A stretch of 64,000 bases of DNA, taken from positions 3,100,001 through 3,164,000 of the forward strand of contig CM059433.1 in assembly GCA_030390025.1 (NCBI GenBank), given 5' to 3'. Below, piece after piece: positions 1 to 12,794 of this stretch. Source of the DNA: Squalus acanthias (lineage: Eukaryota). Positions within the stretch are counted from its first letter, which is position 1. The number at the start of each line of letters is the position of its first letter. Below the pieces are notes generated by a model. It was not told where the DNA came from, did no database searches, and worked only from the letters and a program-made list of their open reading frames with translations. A program made the translations under genes and the position numbers.

Positions 1-209
1 CACTTCGGGTGTGCTGACGCCTGTGATGTCCCCAAATGCGGGATATACTCGACTGTAAGATTTGTGGTAGTGGGGGACTGCGTTCGCGCTCTCCCTGGTT
101 TATGTGTCAGCTGTGGCTCAGTTGGTAGCACACTCGCCTCTGAGTCAGAAGGTTGTGGGTTCAAGTCTCACTCCATGGACTTGAGCACATAAAGCTAGGC
201 TGACACTCC

Positions 210-1475
210 TTCTTCTTCTTGGGCAGTCCCTCGGAACCGAGGATGACTTGCTTCCACATTAAAAATGAGTTCGCAGGTGATTGATGAGTCCAATGCGGGA
301 CTTACAGTCTCTGTCACAGGTGGGGCAGACGGTGGTTGAAGGGGCGGGTGGGTGGGGTGCTTGGGTTGACGTGCGCTGCCTGCGCTTGGCTTCAGCTTGC
401 TCCCGGTGAAGAGACTCGAGGTGTTCGGCGCCTTTCCAGATGCTTCTCCTCCACTTTGTGCGGTCTTGGGCCAGGGATTCCCAGGTGTCGGTGGGGATGT
501 TACACTTTTTCAAGGAGGCTTTGAGGGTGTCCTTGAAGCGTTTCCTCTGCCCACCTGGGGCTCTCTTGCCGTGTCGGAGCTCCGAGTAGAGCGCTTGTTT
601 TAGGAGTCTCGTATCGGGCATGCGGACAATGTGACCCATCCATCGGAGCTGATCGAGCGTGGTCAAAGCTTCGATGCTGGGGATGTTGGCCTGAGCAAGA
701 ACACTGACATTGGTGCGCCTATCCTGCCAATGGATTTGCAGGATCTTGCGGAGGCAGCGTTGGTGGTACCTCTCCAGTGCTTTGAAGTGCCTGCTGTACA
801 TGGTCCATGTCTCTGAGGCATACAGGAGGGCGGGTATCACTACTGCTCTGTAGACCATGAGCTTAGTGCCGGGTTTGAGGTCCTGGTCTTCAAACACTCT
901 CTTCCTCAGGCGACCGAAGGCTGCACTGGCACACTGAAGGCGGTGTTGGACTTCATTGTCGACGTCTGCCCTTATTGACAGTAGGCTCCCGAGGTATGGA
1001 AAGTGGTCCACGTTGTCCAAGGCCTTGTCGTGGATTTTGATAATCGGGGGGCAGTACTGTGTGGCGGGGGCAGGTTGGTAGAGGACCTTTGTCTTACAGA
1101 TGTTTAGTGTAAGGCCTATGCTCTCGTACGCTTCGGTGAAAGTGTTGACGATGGTTTGGAGTTTGATCTCCGAGTGAGCGCAGACACAAGCATCGTCTGC
1201 ATACTGTATTTCGACGACAGAGGATGGGACGACCTTGGATCTGGACTGGAGGCAACGGAGGTTGAACAGTTTCCCGTTTGTTCTGTAAATTAGCTCCACT
1301 CCAGCGGAGAGCTTACTGAGGGTGAGATGAAGCACTGCAGCCAGGAAGATCGAGAAGAGCATTGGTGCGATGACACAGCCTTGCTTGACCCCGGTTCGTA
1401 CGTGAATTGGGTTTGTGGTGGAACCGTTGGTCGGGATCACGGCTTGCATGTTGTCATGAAGCAGGCGGAGGATGG
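210..1475 (-). mobile_element. 5'-truncated RTE-clade LINE with 9-bp TSD
   Basis: TGACACTCC duplicated at 201-209 and 1476-1484; (GAA)n tail on the minus strand at 210-220. Confidence 0.9.
259..1449 (-). pseudogene. RTE ORF2 C-terminal part (RT motifs and terminal C2H2-like finger)
   Basis: GVKQGCVIAP, QYADD, FPYLGS and terminal CPTCDRDCKSRIGLINHLRTH in a 396-aa open frame; N-terminal half missing. Confidence 0.9.
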
Positions 1476-2084
1476 TGACACTCCAGTGCAGTGCTGAGGG
1501 AGTGCTGCACTGTCGGAGCTGCCATCTTTTGGATGAGACGTTAAACCGAGGCCCCGTCTGCCCTCCTAGGTGGACGTAAAAGATCCCATGGCACTATTAT
1601 GAAGAAGAGCAGGGGAGTTATCCCCGGTGTCCTGGGGGCCAATATTTATCACTCAATCAACATCACTAAAACAGATTATCTGGTTATTGCTGTTTGTGGG
1701 AGCTTGCTGTGCGCAAATTGGCTGCCGTGTTTCCTACATTACAACAGTGACTACACTTAAAAAATACTTCATTGGCTGTAAAGAGCTTTGGGGTGTCCAA
1801 TGGTCGTGAAAGGAGCTATATAAATGCAAGTCTTTCTTTCTTCATTCTTCCTTTTCTTATTTTCTCAAAATGATTTGAAAACAAGCTGGCAGATAAATTT
1901 AAAAAATGAGGTAAAATTTCACAAGGAAATTATATTTTTTTCTTCAGAAAGAGGCTACATTAGAGAGAGGACACAGACACACAAAGATATATGATTACAT
2001 GACCTGTGTTTTATTTTGTTATACTAAAAATTTGAAAACAATGATTGCTTACAGAAAGATTTATTTGTACAGCTGTGCCAGGAC

Positions 2085-2510
2085 CATTCATCGCCAGACC
2101 TCATTACAGCCTTGGTTCAAACATGGGCCCAAGTGCTGCATCCCAGAAATGAGGTGAGAGTGACTGCCCTGAACATCAAGGCAGCATTCGACCAAGTGTT
2201 GCACCAAGGAGCTTTAGTAAGACTCAAGTTAATCTGAATCGAGGTAAACCTCTCCAATGGCTGCAGTCATGCCCAGCACAAAGAACGATGGTTGTGGCTG
2301 TTGAAAGCGAATCATCTCAGCCCCAGGACATCACTGCAGGAGTTCCTCAAGGCAGTGTCCTCAGCCCAACCATCTTCAGCTGCTTCATCAATGACCGTCC
2401 CTCCATTTTAAGGTCAGAAGTGGGGCTGTTCACTGATGATTGCACAGTGTTCAGTTCCATTCACATCAAGAGAGAGACGTTTGACATTCAATGGCATTAC
2501 CATTGCCAAC
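2085..2510 (+). mobile_element. Degraded CR1/L2-group LINE RT fragment
   Basis: ORF 2288-2602 contains AGVPQGSVLSPTIFSCFIND and LFTDD; similar decayed copy at 18990-19820. Confidence 0.7.
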
Positions 2511-3744
2511 AACAGAGAAAGAAAGAGAGACTCCAGCAGCAAAGATGGAAGGAAATATCTGCAGCAGACAGAGGCACTTCTCATAGCATGAGAGTGAGAT
2601 AGAGAAAGACTGCAATACAGAGAGAATACATATGGACAGAAAGGAAGATTCAAGTAAAGACCGAGAGAGAGATTGGGAGAAAGAAAGAGAGAGAGAAAGA
2701 TTCCAGCAGCAAAGAAAGAATGATCCATGGCACCCAAAACTGTGAGTTAAATGGTTTCTGTGCTTTCCTTTTCATGGCTTGCTGAAGTAATGAAAATAAA
2801 TTGTATATATTCTGTTTTATACCTGTTGTTATATTTTCAACCCTGTATTAATCTTTAGACGGTATCCTTGCAATATATATATATATGTGACATACCTTAC
2901 AGGTGCATATATTTCAAGAGGTTGAGTAATCAACTCAATAGGCATCACTATTTAGGCTATACATTCAACGTGCTCAATTAACACTTCATTAGCACTTGCT
3001 TTGTGCAACTGTCAATAGGCTGCTGACACAACAGTGGCTAGGATGGAGTCTAATGCCGAATAAATGAAGAGTAATTAGAATCTGACTAGTCTGCATGTAT
3101 GCTCATTACCAATCTCCTCATGAGAGGGAAAATAAAATGATTTTTTTCCCATTGACCATCTCATAGAGCTTCTTTTGTGAAATATTCAATTATCCAACAC
3201 TAGAGCTCATCATTGAAATGATTTTAGATTTGTGGTTTGTTTTGTTGGATTTGCTTAGTAGTGATTCCATATATAATGCACTTCCTGTACTGAATTATCA
3301 GCGAATGCCAGCCTTTCTAAATGCACAAACAAATATGCAAGTCTTTCAACTGACACTAAAGCAACTCGACCTCTTAAACACTTTGCTTTGTCAAACTGGT
3401 CGGCAACAGTCCAATTAAAAATAAAATTGGAATTCTATGAAGTTATTAAAGTTTTCTCTTGTTGAGTTGCTAAAGCAATCAAAAATTAAACGGCTAAAAA
3501 TGCTGTTTCCTTCAGGGGAGCCAACTCTTCTATTTAACAGGATTAGTGACAGTAACCATTTTGTAAGGCTTAATACTGTGCAAATCTTTCATAATGAAAT
3601 CTTGCTTGCCATGACAAAACGTCATTATCTCAGAAGCCGACTGACTTGGAATTTAATGAAACACATAAAGTATCTCGGTGATCCATCGGTACTGTGGAAA
3701 TTTAGAAAAATCTCTTGATGCAGTCTTAGAAGCTTAGAATTGTA

Positions 3745-4045
3745 CAGCAGAAAATAAACCATTGAGCCTGTGCCAACTCTTGTTGAAGAAATCTAAAAAT
3801 TATCCCAGTATCCGGATCCCTCTTCATAGCCCTGTATCTTCCCCTCTGCTTCAAACCTTTATCCACTCTGCTAATAAAAAATGCAATGGTCTCTACCTCA
3901 ACTAATCCCCAAGCTCTCACACGTCTCTGTGTAGACATTTCTCCGAGCCTCTCTGCTCGCTCTCTTAGTGACATTTTAAATTGATAATCCCTTGTCGCTG
4001 ACCCCCCATCCAGAAGAAATAGCCTTTCCTTATTCAATCTATCAT
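3745..4045 (-). mobile_element. Degraded CR1 3' fragment
   Basis: Minus-strand translation DRLNKERLF...TQRRVRAW...VEVETIAFF resembles the CR1 ORF2 C-terminus of the better copies in this window. Confidence 0.55.
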
Positions 4046-4049
4046 ACAA

Positions 4050-4720
4050 TACAAAAACAACAACAACCTGCATTAATATAGCATCTTTAATGCAGAAAAA
4101 CATCCCAAGGGTCTTCACAAAGGCATATTCAGAAACATTGGATGCTGAGCCGAAGAAGGCTCTATTATTAAGGATGACCAAAAGCTTGGCAAAGTGCTTC
4201 ATTAAATTCCAAGTCAGTAGCATTTGTCCAGTCAGGGTCTTAAAGATAGAAAGTGAAGTGGAGAGGCGGCAGGTTTTAGGGAGGGAATTCCAGAGGGGAT
4301 GGGCCCTGGATAGCGGAAGGCATGGCCACCAATAGTGGGGTGAAGAGAGGGGGGTAATGCACAAAAGGCCAGAGTCAGAGGAGTGGAGAATTTGGGGGAA
4401 GAGTTTGTAGGGCTGAAGGAGATTACAGAGATAGTAAAGAGCCTTGGTGGTGTTGGGGGACCATTAGCCAATGTAATTCACCATGGATAGGCATGATGGG
4501 TGAACAGGACAGGATACTGGCAACGGAGTTTTGGATGAGCTGAAGTTTATGGAGGGTGGAGAATGGGAAGCTGGCCAGGAGAGCTTTGGAATAGTCGAGT
4601 CTGGAAGTAACCACGGCATGGATGAGGATTTAAGCAGAAGAGGAGCTGAAACAGGGACAGAGGCGGGGGATGTTACAGAGGTGGAAGTAGGCGGTGTTTG
4701 TAATGAAGAGTACATGGACC
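4050..4720 (-). mobile_element. Degraded L2 LINE 3' fragment
   Basis: VTSRLDYSKALLA...KLQLIQNSVA...LHWL and LWNSLP motifs; L2-like tail ending (GTT)n on the minus strand near 4055-4070. Confidence 0.7.
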
Positions 4721-5885
4721 CTTCAAAATTTTAAATCTATTAAATCTTCTCTTAAGGCCTTCTCTGCTCTAATGGAAATTGTCCCAGTATCTAAAGTCCT
4801 TCCTCATAAACTATAGTTTCTCATCCTTGATATTAATCCAGCAAACCTACTCTGCATAGGCTCCATGAATATAATGTTGCTTTAATAATGGGATGCCCAC
4901 AGTTCTCTAACTATTGCCTTGCACAGATTTATAATGATCTGTTTGTTCTTATACTCTATGTTCCTCTTGATAAATCTAAAATGCTGTTGGCTTTTTATGG
5001 CTTCATGTACATGCAATTACATTTACAAGGAATTATGAACTTGTATCCTGGGTATCTGTATTCCTCCACATCCTTCAGCATCTTCCCAATGAGTTTATAC
5101 TAACATTTCTTGTTTTTTCTCTCCCCACAGTTTTCTGCCTCAGGTTAAATCTGCGACCTTTCTTCCCGCTCTGTTAACCAGTCTAGGTCCATACAAAGTT
5201 TTTTTCACACTCAGCAACCAATGCCAACTCAAGGGTGTATGAGTAACAGGAGCCTTTCACCAGCTCTGCTGAAGTCACTGGTGGAGCACCTCGGAGGAGT
5301 TGTAGAGTGAGGAAACCTTACGTTAAGAAAAGCACTGTGGGTCGATCACTTGGGCGTCAAGAGATTTTAGTTCAATCTTACGTTTGTGAATAAATTCATC
5401 ACCTTCTTCACTTTTGGGAGTTTGATGCATGGTCTCTTTTCATTGCAGGCAGTTAGTCTGCGCTGTCAGAATGCCACTAATATAAAGGTTGGCTGAATGG
5501 TTTTATTGTTCTTTAATGCAGAATGAAGGGAATGCTGAAGGGGGTAACAAGGACTGTGAATGCAGAGGGGCTTTTTTAAATCACTTTACCGGTGAGTAGA
5601 TTGAGAAGGTCAGCCAGAGGGCCTCTGTAGGAACTGATCCCTGGCCTCTCTGGCTAAACTCCTCACTTGCTGTGCTTTAATGCCCCACATAGAGTTCCAC
5701 GCCAAGCAGAAGAGAGTTATGAGCCCCAACTCTGCTTTTTAGCTGTCCCATTTTAACTAAGACATCCTCACATTAAAGAAAACTGCTGAGAAAAACAGCA
5801 ATGGCCTGCAAGACCCCCAAGCCAGTAAACACAGCTAATTTGCTCATTCTACAGAAAATCGTAGCCCTGCCCCAATGCTAAAACA

Positions 5886-7562
5886 TGTAAGGGGTGTGAC
5901 CTGCGGCTCTGTGCTTAGCCTAGGTGCTAGTGCGAGGTTAGGCCTTGTTGCCTGTTCTGGTCTCCAGCCAGTCTGGTAACACTAGACACCTGTGAGTGGT
6001 TTGACCCACTTGCCCTTACGGTTCTGACACTGGACTTAGGTGCGAGAGCAATAATGCAGAGAAAACTCAGGTAGACCCGGTTGAATAGTGCGAAATGGAA
6101 AATCTTTATTGCATATTATTCAAGATTACGAAATACATGTCATAAGCACAGATTAATGACAGTACAATCTTACACGCAGTTATGTAACTAATTTTAGGGA
6201 AACGAGGAGCGCACGACACATCGTAAAAGGGGGCACACATTACAATTATCCTTAAAACTTAAACCCTCCCCTATCAATACCTGTCCTAAACTAGATTTGT
6301 AGGATCGAGACTCATGCTCACCACTCGTGATAACTCGGAGAATTCCGAAACTCTGCTCGGATGTTTTTACCGCAGCACCTGACTATCCACGTGTTGATCA
6401 GGGGTCTCTGTACCCCACTTGTTTACTCGCTTCTGCTCCGGCTAGCAGGCTGGACCGTCTGCTGTCATGAAGGTCTGTGTTGTCCTCGGAGTTCCGATAC
6501 TACTCAAAGAAGAGTCTTCCTGTGCCCTCACACCGGTTCGATAAAATTCGAAGAATGGTCTTCCTGGGCAAGGAAAGTGTTTATTCGACTTACAGGCGCG
6601 GTCGGGGCTTACTGACCGTGGCGATACGTATTGTCGTCTTCTTCTCTTCTCATCTCATCTCATCTCATCTCATCTCCTCTCGGGGCTTCGGTTCCAACAC
6701 CGTTTACCGACTTCTCGGGATGGTGTGCCCATTTCAAGGCCTCACAGCCCAGTTCTACACAGATCTTCGCGGCAAGCCACGAGGTTGATCCTAGCGGATC
6801 AGAGTCCAGAGCCGTCAGGCAAGAGAATAAAAGTTCAATAGTCTTCCAGCGAGTCAAAACAGCAAGAGCAGCAAGAGGCAGGCGGCAAGAGACAAGAGCA
6901 ACAAGACAAGAGGCAAGAGAAACAAGAGACAGATGGACAGTTGTACCTTACAGTTATAGTGCTGTAATTCCTCTTTTCCCGCCCAATCTTAATGTCTATC
7001 TTTTGTCAGGGTTTTGGCGCTCAAACTTCTTGTATAGGGTGATCTCCGTTTTTAATGGGTTTCGGTGATACTTGTAACTGTCTGAGTACCCGTTAATACT
7101 TCTCCCATTGTGGAACCGGCCAGTAGTCTTCCTGGAGGGGTTTTGGGGCTTCCAAATGCTTTCTGTAACTACCCGCAAACGGCTCTCTCATCGTAGAGTC
7201 GGGGGGGATTTTGCATATTAATGTCTTTGGATGGGTCCTTGATCGCTCGGTACAATAGCCATTATTCGCACCTGGGAGACCGATTCCAGTATTTATGTAT
7301 AAAATGCAAACCCATTATGTCTTGTCAATTATCTCAAATGTGCTGAGTCCTGTACGATCTCGCACAAATGTTTATTGGAACGCCATCTTGTCTGCTCATT
7401 GAAAGTCTAGAACGTTCTGCCACGAGGCGTGGCGGCCATTTTACAGGCTGCTTGTGTCCACTTTGAAAACCTGACAGCATTCTGCTGAAATAAAGCTGTT
7501 TGTACGAAACTATATGTCTCCTTCTTATTTTATAAAATCGTGATCATTTTGCGAATTCTACA
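5886..7562 (-). mobile_element. Solo LTR (1677 bp) of the Gag/Env retrovirus-like family
   Basis: TG...CA ends; minus strand begins TGTAGAATTCGCAA like the LTR at 43171; colinear motifs throughout; AACA TSD at 5882-5885 and 7563-7566. Confidence 0.92.
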
Positions 7563-7865
7563 AACAACATCCATATTTGCAATACATTGCAGGTTGAGCG
7601 GGATGACACAAGCAATTACATAATCAAAGAACAGTTTCCCACAGCCATTTAATGAGAGTGATGTCAAAGAGGGATGTTAAAACTGTCGGAAACTGAAAGA
7701 TAAGCTGAATCCTTTTCGATGCGATCCCTATTTTCCGTCCAAAAGAAGGGAATAAAAATGGTAACAAAACTTGTTGCTTGTTAACCCATAGTTAGTGAAC
7801 TTTTGGAGAAAGATGTGACAATTTTCTGCTGAAGGAAATTAAAATAACCAGATAGGAATTGTTTA

Positions 7866-8130
7866 CCAAAATAAAAACAGAAAGTGCTGGAAATACTCAG
7901 CAGGTCAGGCAGCATCTGTGGAGAGAGAAACAGAGTTAACGTTTCAGGTCGATGACCCTTCGTCAGAACTGGAAAAAGCTGGAGATGGAACAGGTTTTTA
8001 AGCAAGTGCAGGGGCAGGGAAAGGGGGGAGGGGAGGAAAGAACAAACTGGAAGGTCTGTGATAGGATGGAAGGCAGGAGAGATTAAGAGACAAAAGGGAT
8101 GATGGTGTGAGGTGAAAGGAGATGTTTACC
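7866..8130 (-). mobile_element. Penelope-like terminal fragment with minimal hammerhead motif (7934-7970)
   Basis: Minus strand reads AGTT-CTGACGA-AGGG-tcatcga-CCT-GAAA-CGTT-AACT. Related short copies near 22090-22187 and 53897-53970. Confidence 0.65.
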
Positions 8131-8491
8131 TGCTGAGTTGGATTTAACGTAATGCTGGAGCAACTCTTTGGCAGTTTGTCATAAATCGCAAGTAACAACT
8201 CAGGAAGTACTACTGGGCGGCCAGCTGGGGCGCCGTCCAGGGAGTATAAATACTCAGGCATGGGCCCACCTTGGGCAGAGACAATCTGGAAACAGGAAGC
8301 TAGTGACTGCTAACTAGACCTCCATGTTTTGTTACAAGTTGATTAAAGCCTTGCTTTATGTTCAAGTGCGTAGTGACTCTTTATTACGTCAATTTAATCA
8401 ACTTGATATCGTCTCCACGCTTTGGGTGATTCGGAACAACCAGCTGCAACTCGAACCACAGAAGGGAACTTGGGCAAGAAACTGATCCATC

Positions 8492-9270
8492 ATGGAAAAA
8501 CTCCTCAGACCCGCTCGTCTCGACCTGGACCCGAATGCACCTGCGGCAGCAAAGGTATGGAAGCATTGGTTTCGTACCTTTAGCAACTTTCTTGAAGAAT
8601 GTGGGGCGGATGTCCCTAATAAGTTACGAATGCTTATCAACTATGTGTCTCCTCATGTGTATGATTATATTGAGGACTGTATAGACTATGACACTGCTAT
8701 CGAAATCTTACAGCAGCTATATGTCAAGTCCCCAAATGAAATCTTTGCTCGACACCTACTGGCCACAACTCGGCAGCAGCCTGGGGAATCACTCGATGAA
8801 TTTCTCCAGAAACTCCGCAGGCTCAGCAAGGTTTGTAACCTTAAAGCAGTTTCAGCTGAACAGTATCAAGAGGAACTAATCCGCGATTCCTTTATCAATG
8901 GAATCGCGTCCCCTTTTATACGTCAGCGCCTGCTGGAAAATAAAACCCTCAATTTACGGGCTGCTTATGACCAGGCGTGTTCCTTGGACTTGGCCAAGAA
9001 AAATGCAGACACTTATCTCCCACCACGTGCACGGGCGGCGGCTATCTCCTTTAATGAGTCTTTCGGTAGGTCTCGGGCGGATGCCCCCACTGATGTTGAC
9101 TCTACTCTAACAGACGACGACCCTACCCTAGAGGCCTTCGCTGATGACGACCCCGCCCTAGCAGCATCCTGGCAATCAGGAAGAAAGTGTTTCTTTTGTG
9201 GAGGGGCGTGCCATCACAGAAAATTTTGCCCGGCTCGTAATGTGACCTGCAATCATTGCAGCAAGGACAC
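8492..9270 (+). pseudogene. gag: Gypsy Gag (frameshifted inside the second zinc knuckle)
   Basis: CFFCGGACHHRKFCPARNVTCNHCSK continues as QGHFSKVC only in another frame. Confidence 0.85.
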
Positions 9271-12200
9271 TTTTCCAAGGTATGCCAGTCACGGGCCTTT
9301 GCTAACAAGAAAGGCCGCTCCTCTAAAGTATACCGGTCGAGAGCTCCTGTTAGCTTCACAGCTGCTATCTATGGAGCTGCTCCTCCCCCAAGAACTACTG
9401 TTAAGGCTACAGTTGCCGAAGGGAAAATTGCCCCTCCTCCCATCACGGCTGTTTTTCCCCAAAGTTTGTCCCATGCAGCCACGAAGGTTTCAGTAAATGG
9501 GCACACTCTAAGCGCGCTAATCGACTCCTGCAGCTCTGACAGCTTCATTAGTAAGCGTGCTGTCAACAGGTTAAAACTACACATTTATCCCTCGGACAGG
9601 GAGATTGCAATGGCTCTGATGACTCTGACCACCAATTCTTCTGGCTTCTGTCTGGTCAACCTCATCCTCAACGGCCGCACGTATCTCTCCACCCGGCTCG
9701 GAGTACTCGCAAACTTATGCAGCGATGTGCTTCTGGGACAGGACTTCCAGAAGCAGCACAAGAAGATCACTTTTGAGTTTGGAGGGTCAAGGCCGGAGCT
9801 TACCATTTCTAAGGTGCCGTTTTGTGCACTCTCGGCGGCCTTACTCGGTGAACCCTCCCTGTTTGCCAATCTTCCCCCCCGCTGTAAACCCATAGCCACC
9901 AAATCGCGGCGCTTTAGCCAAGATGATCGAGTGTTTATTGAGGCGGAAATCTCTCGCCTTTTAGTCGACGGTATTATCGAGCCATGTTCATCTCCCTGGC
10001 GGGCTCAGGTCGTCATCGTGAGGAATCCCTTAAAACAACATAAAAAACGTCTGTGTATCGATTATTCGCAGACTATTAATCTATATACCGATCTGGATGC
10101 CTACTCGCTGCCACGCATAGATGACATGGTCAACAACCTTGCCAAATACAAGGTATTCTCGACCTTCGATTTAAAAAGCGCGTACCATCAGGTGCCACTG
10201 CAAGACTCCGACAAGAAGTATACGGCCTTTGAGGCCAATGGTCGGCTTTTCCAGTTTCGCCGCCTTCCATTCGGGGTCACCAATGGGGTGGCCGTCTTCC
10301 AACGGGCCATGGATGGCCTAGTCCGGCAAGAGAACTTGACGGATACCTTTCCGTATTTAGACAATATCACTATTGCCGGCCATGATCAAAAGGAGCATGA
10401 CGCCAATCTTCAGAGATTTTTTGACGTACTCCGCCGTCGCCACTTAACGTTAAACGAATCCAAATCGGTGAAGTCGGTGCCATCGGTGAACATTCTTGGC
10501 TACTGGGTGGGCAACGGTGTTATTAAACCGGACCCAGAGCGACTTCGTCCACTTCAGGAGCTCCCTCCCCCGACGAACCTCGGCTCTCTTCGTCGGGCAC
10601 TTGGCATGTTTGCTTATTACGCAAAATGGATACCACACTTCTCCGATAAAATACAGCCCCTGCTCCATGCGAAGTCTTTTCCATTGGAAGCTACGGCTAT
10701 TTCTGCCTTCAACCTCCTCAAACGACAGCTGGAGAAAGCCACGCTTCGCTCCATTGACGAAAATCTTCCTTTTGTGGTCGAATGCGATGCATCGGAGGTG
10801 GCGATCTCCGCTACCTTGAATCAAGGTGGCCGACCCGTGGCATTCCTATCCAGGACCTTGCAGGGTAGCGAGCTCCATTACCGCCCCCCCCCCGTCGAGA
10901 AGGAGGCTACGGCCATCATCGAGGCTGTACGCCAATGGGGTCATTTTCTTGCTCGGCGTCATTTTACGCTTATAACTGACCAGCGCTCTGTGGCCTTCAT
11001 GTTGGATAACCGGAGGCGCACGAAAATCAAAAATAATAAAATTCAACTCTGGAGGATGGAGCTGGCTGCCTTTGGATATACTATCTGTTACCGACCCGGC
11101 AAACAGAACGTGGCCCCAGATACCTTCACACGGGCATTTTGCTCCTCAATGTCAACGTCGACTCTGGCGGATTTGCATATGGACTTATGCCATCCTGGTG
11201 TGACCCGCATGTTGCACTTTGTGCGCTCCAAAAATCTACCATTTTCAACCGAGGACGTAAAGAAAACATGCTCCTCCTGTAGGATTTGTGCAGAATTGAA
11301 ACCACAATTCTTTCGCCCATCAGATGGCTTACTCATACATGCAATGCAGCCTATGCAGAGGCTCAGCATAGACTTTAGAGGGCCATTGCCTTCGTCGACA
11401 AGGAACACCTACCTACTTACGATGGTGGACGAGTATTCACGCTTTCGCTTCGCCTTCCCCTGCCCTAATATGCTTACCTCTACGGTAATTAAATGCCTCG
11501 ATCAGGTCTTTTCCCTTTGCGGGACGGCCAATTTTATCCACACTGATCGGGGTCCCTCTTTATGTCGAGTGAACTTAAAAGTTATCTCTCCCAACGGGGA
11601 ATCGCCTCAAGTAGGACGACACCATATCACCCAATCGGTAACGGACAGGTTGAACGATACAATGCCATCATCTGGAACGCTGTCCGTCTGGCACTAAGGT
11701 CACGCAACCTGCCGGACCAGCAGTGGGAAACGGTGCTCCCCGACGCGTTACACTCTATCAGGTCTCTTCTCTCCACATCTACTAATGTCACGCCTCATGA
11801 GCGATTCTTCAAATTCCGGCGTCGCTCTACACATGGGACGTCTCTACCGTCATGGTTGGTGGCTCCAGGCCCGGTACTACTCCGGAGGTTCGTCCGGTCT
11901 GCCAAAAACGACCCTCTCGTTGACGAGGTGGAGTTAACGGAGGTAAACCCCACGTATGCGCACGTACGGTACCCTGATGGCCGGGAGACCACCGTCTCGC
12001 TCCGAGATCTGGCTCCCTGCCCAACCGGTCACACGGGCCCGAATGATGAAGGATCCCCCGACAATGATATCAACACTCCGCACCCCTATGAAAATGACGC
12101 CCCGCCTGGGACATCGGGGGATCTGCCGGCAACGCTATCGGATCAACTCAGGGAGCTGGACGCTCCCCGTAGGATGGCCACCCGAAACCAGGACGCCGGA

Positions 12201-12434
12201 CAATCTCCAGCCACGACCCGGGATGAGGCCAGCTCAGCACCTGTGGGGACCCGCACCCGGAGTCATGATATTCCCAGTCCTCCACAGGATGATCAAGATG
12301 ACGCGGACTCTACTGACTTACCGGTACGGGCCAAGCGACCCAGGGACCAGGACACGGTCCGGGGAGACGTGCCTTCCAGTCACAAGCAGAGAGCTAAACG
12401 TCTGCGGCTATTTCTGGTCCGCCTAGTCCGTTAA
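9256..12434 (+). pseudogene. pol: Gypsy Pol (PR, RT, RNase H, integrase), one frameshift near 11560
   Basis: LIDSCSS (PR); CIDYS, FDLKSAYHQ, LPFG, YLDN (RT); ECDAS, EKEA, TDQRS (RH); H-H-C-C, IDFRGP, TDRG, NGQVERYN (IN). TDRGPS(F)MSSEL is broken by a missing T. Confidence 0.92.
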
Positions 12435-12794
12435 AGGAAGACTGGACTTCCAAACCTTTTAGGGAGGAAGAATGTCATAAATCGCAAGTAACAACTCAGG
12501 AAGTACTACTGGGCGGCCAGCTGGGGCGCCGTCCAGGGAGTATAAATACTCAGGCATGGGCCCACCTTGGGCAGAGACAATCTGGAAACAGGAAGCTAGT
12601 GACTGCTAACTAGACCTCCATGTTTTGTTACAAGTTGATTAAAGCCTTGCTTTATGTTCAAGTGCGTAGTGAGTCTTTATTACGTCACAGGTTATCTATT
12701 CAACATGGATTTTGCTGCAATTGTTACATCAATGGTTCAATGTTGGTATTGGTAGAAGAAAGCTGCCTGGATTTCAGACTCCACTGGAGACTGA

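Larger units (their letters stand above)
104..1842 (+). mobile_element. tRNA-derived DeuSINE-type SINE (SacSINE1-like), split by an RTE insertion
   Basis: tRNA-like head (TGGCTCAGTTGG A-box, GGTTCAAGTC B-box) at 104-209. Body resumes at 1476 with Deu-domain-like GAAGAGCAGGGGAGTTATCCCCGGTGTCCTGG and ends in a (TCTT)n tail. A second copy lies at 62375-63325 (-). Confidence 0.8.
8177..12687 (+). mobile_element. Full-length Ty3/gypsy LTR retrotransposon (two-knuckle Gag, Mag-group-like)
   Basis: 215-bp LTRs at 8177-8391 and 12473-12687 (1 difference spotted); PPT AGGGAGGAAGAA before the 3' LTR; domain order gag-PR-RT-RH-IN; imperfect TSD CAGTT/CAGGT. Confidence 0.95.

Noticed and set aside
1..100. 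Possible second RTE 3' remnant at the window edge
   Set aside because: Too short and diverged to call.
104..175. tRNA gene
   Set aside because: A/B boxes belong to a SINE head; no proper acceptor stem or Pol III terminator.
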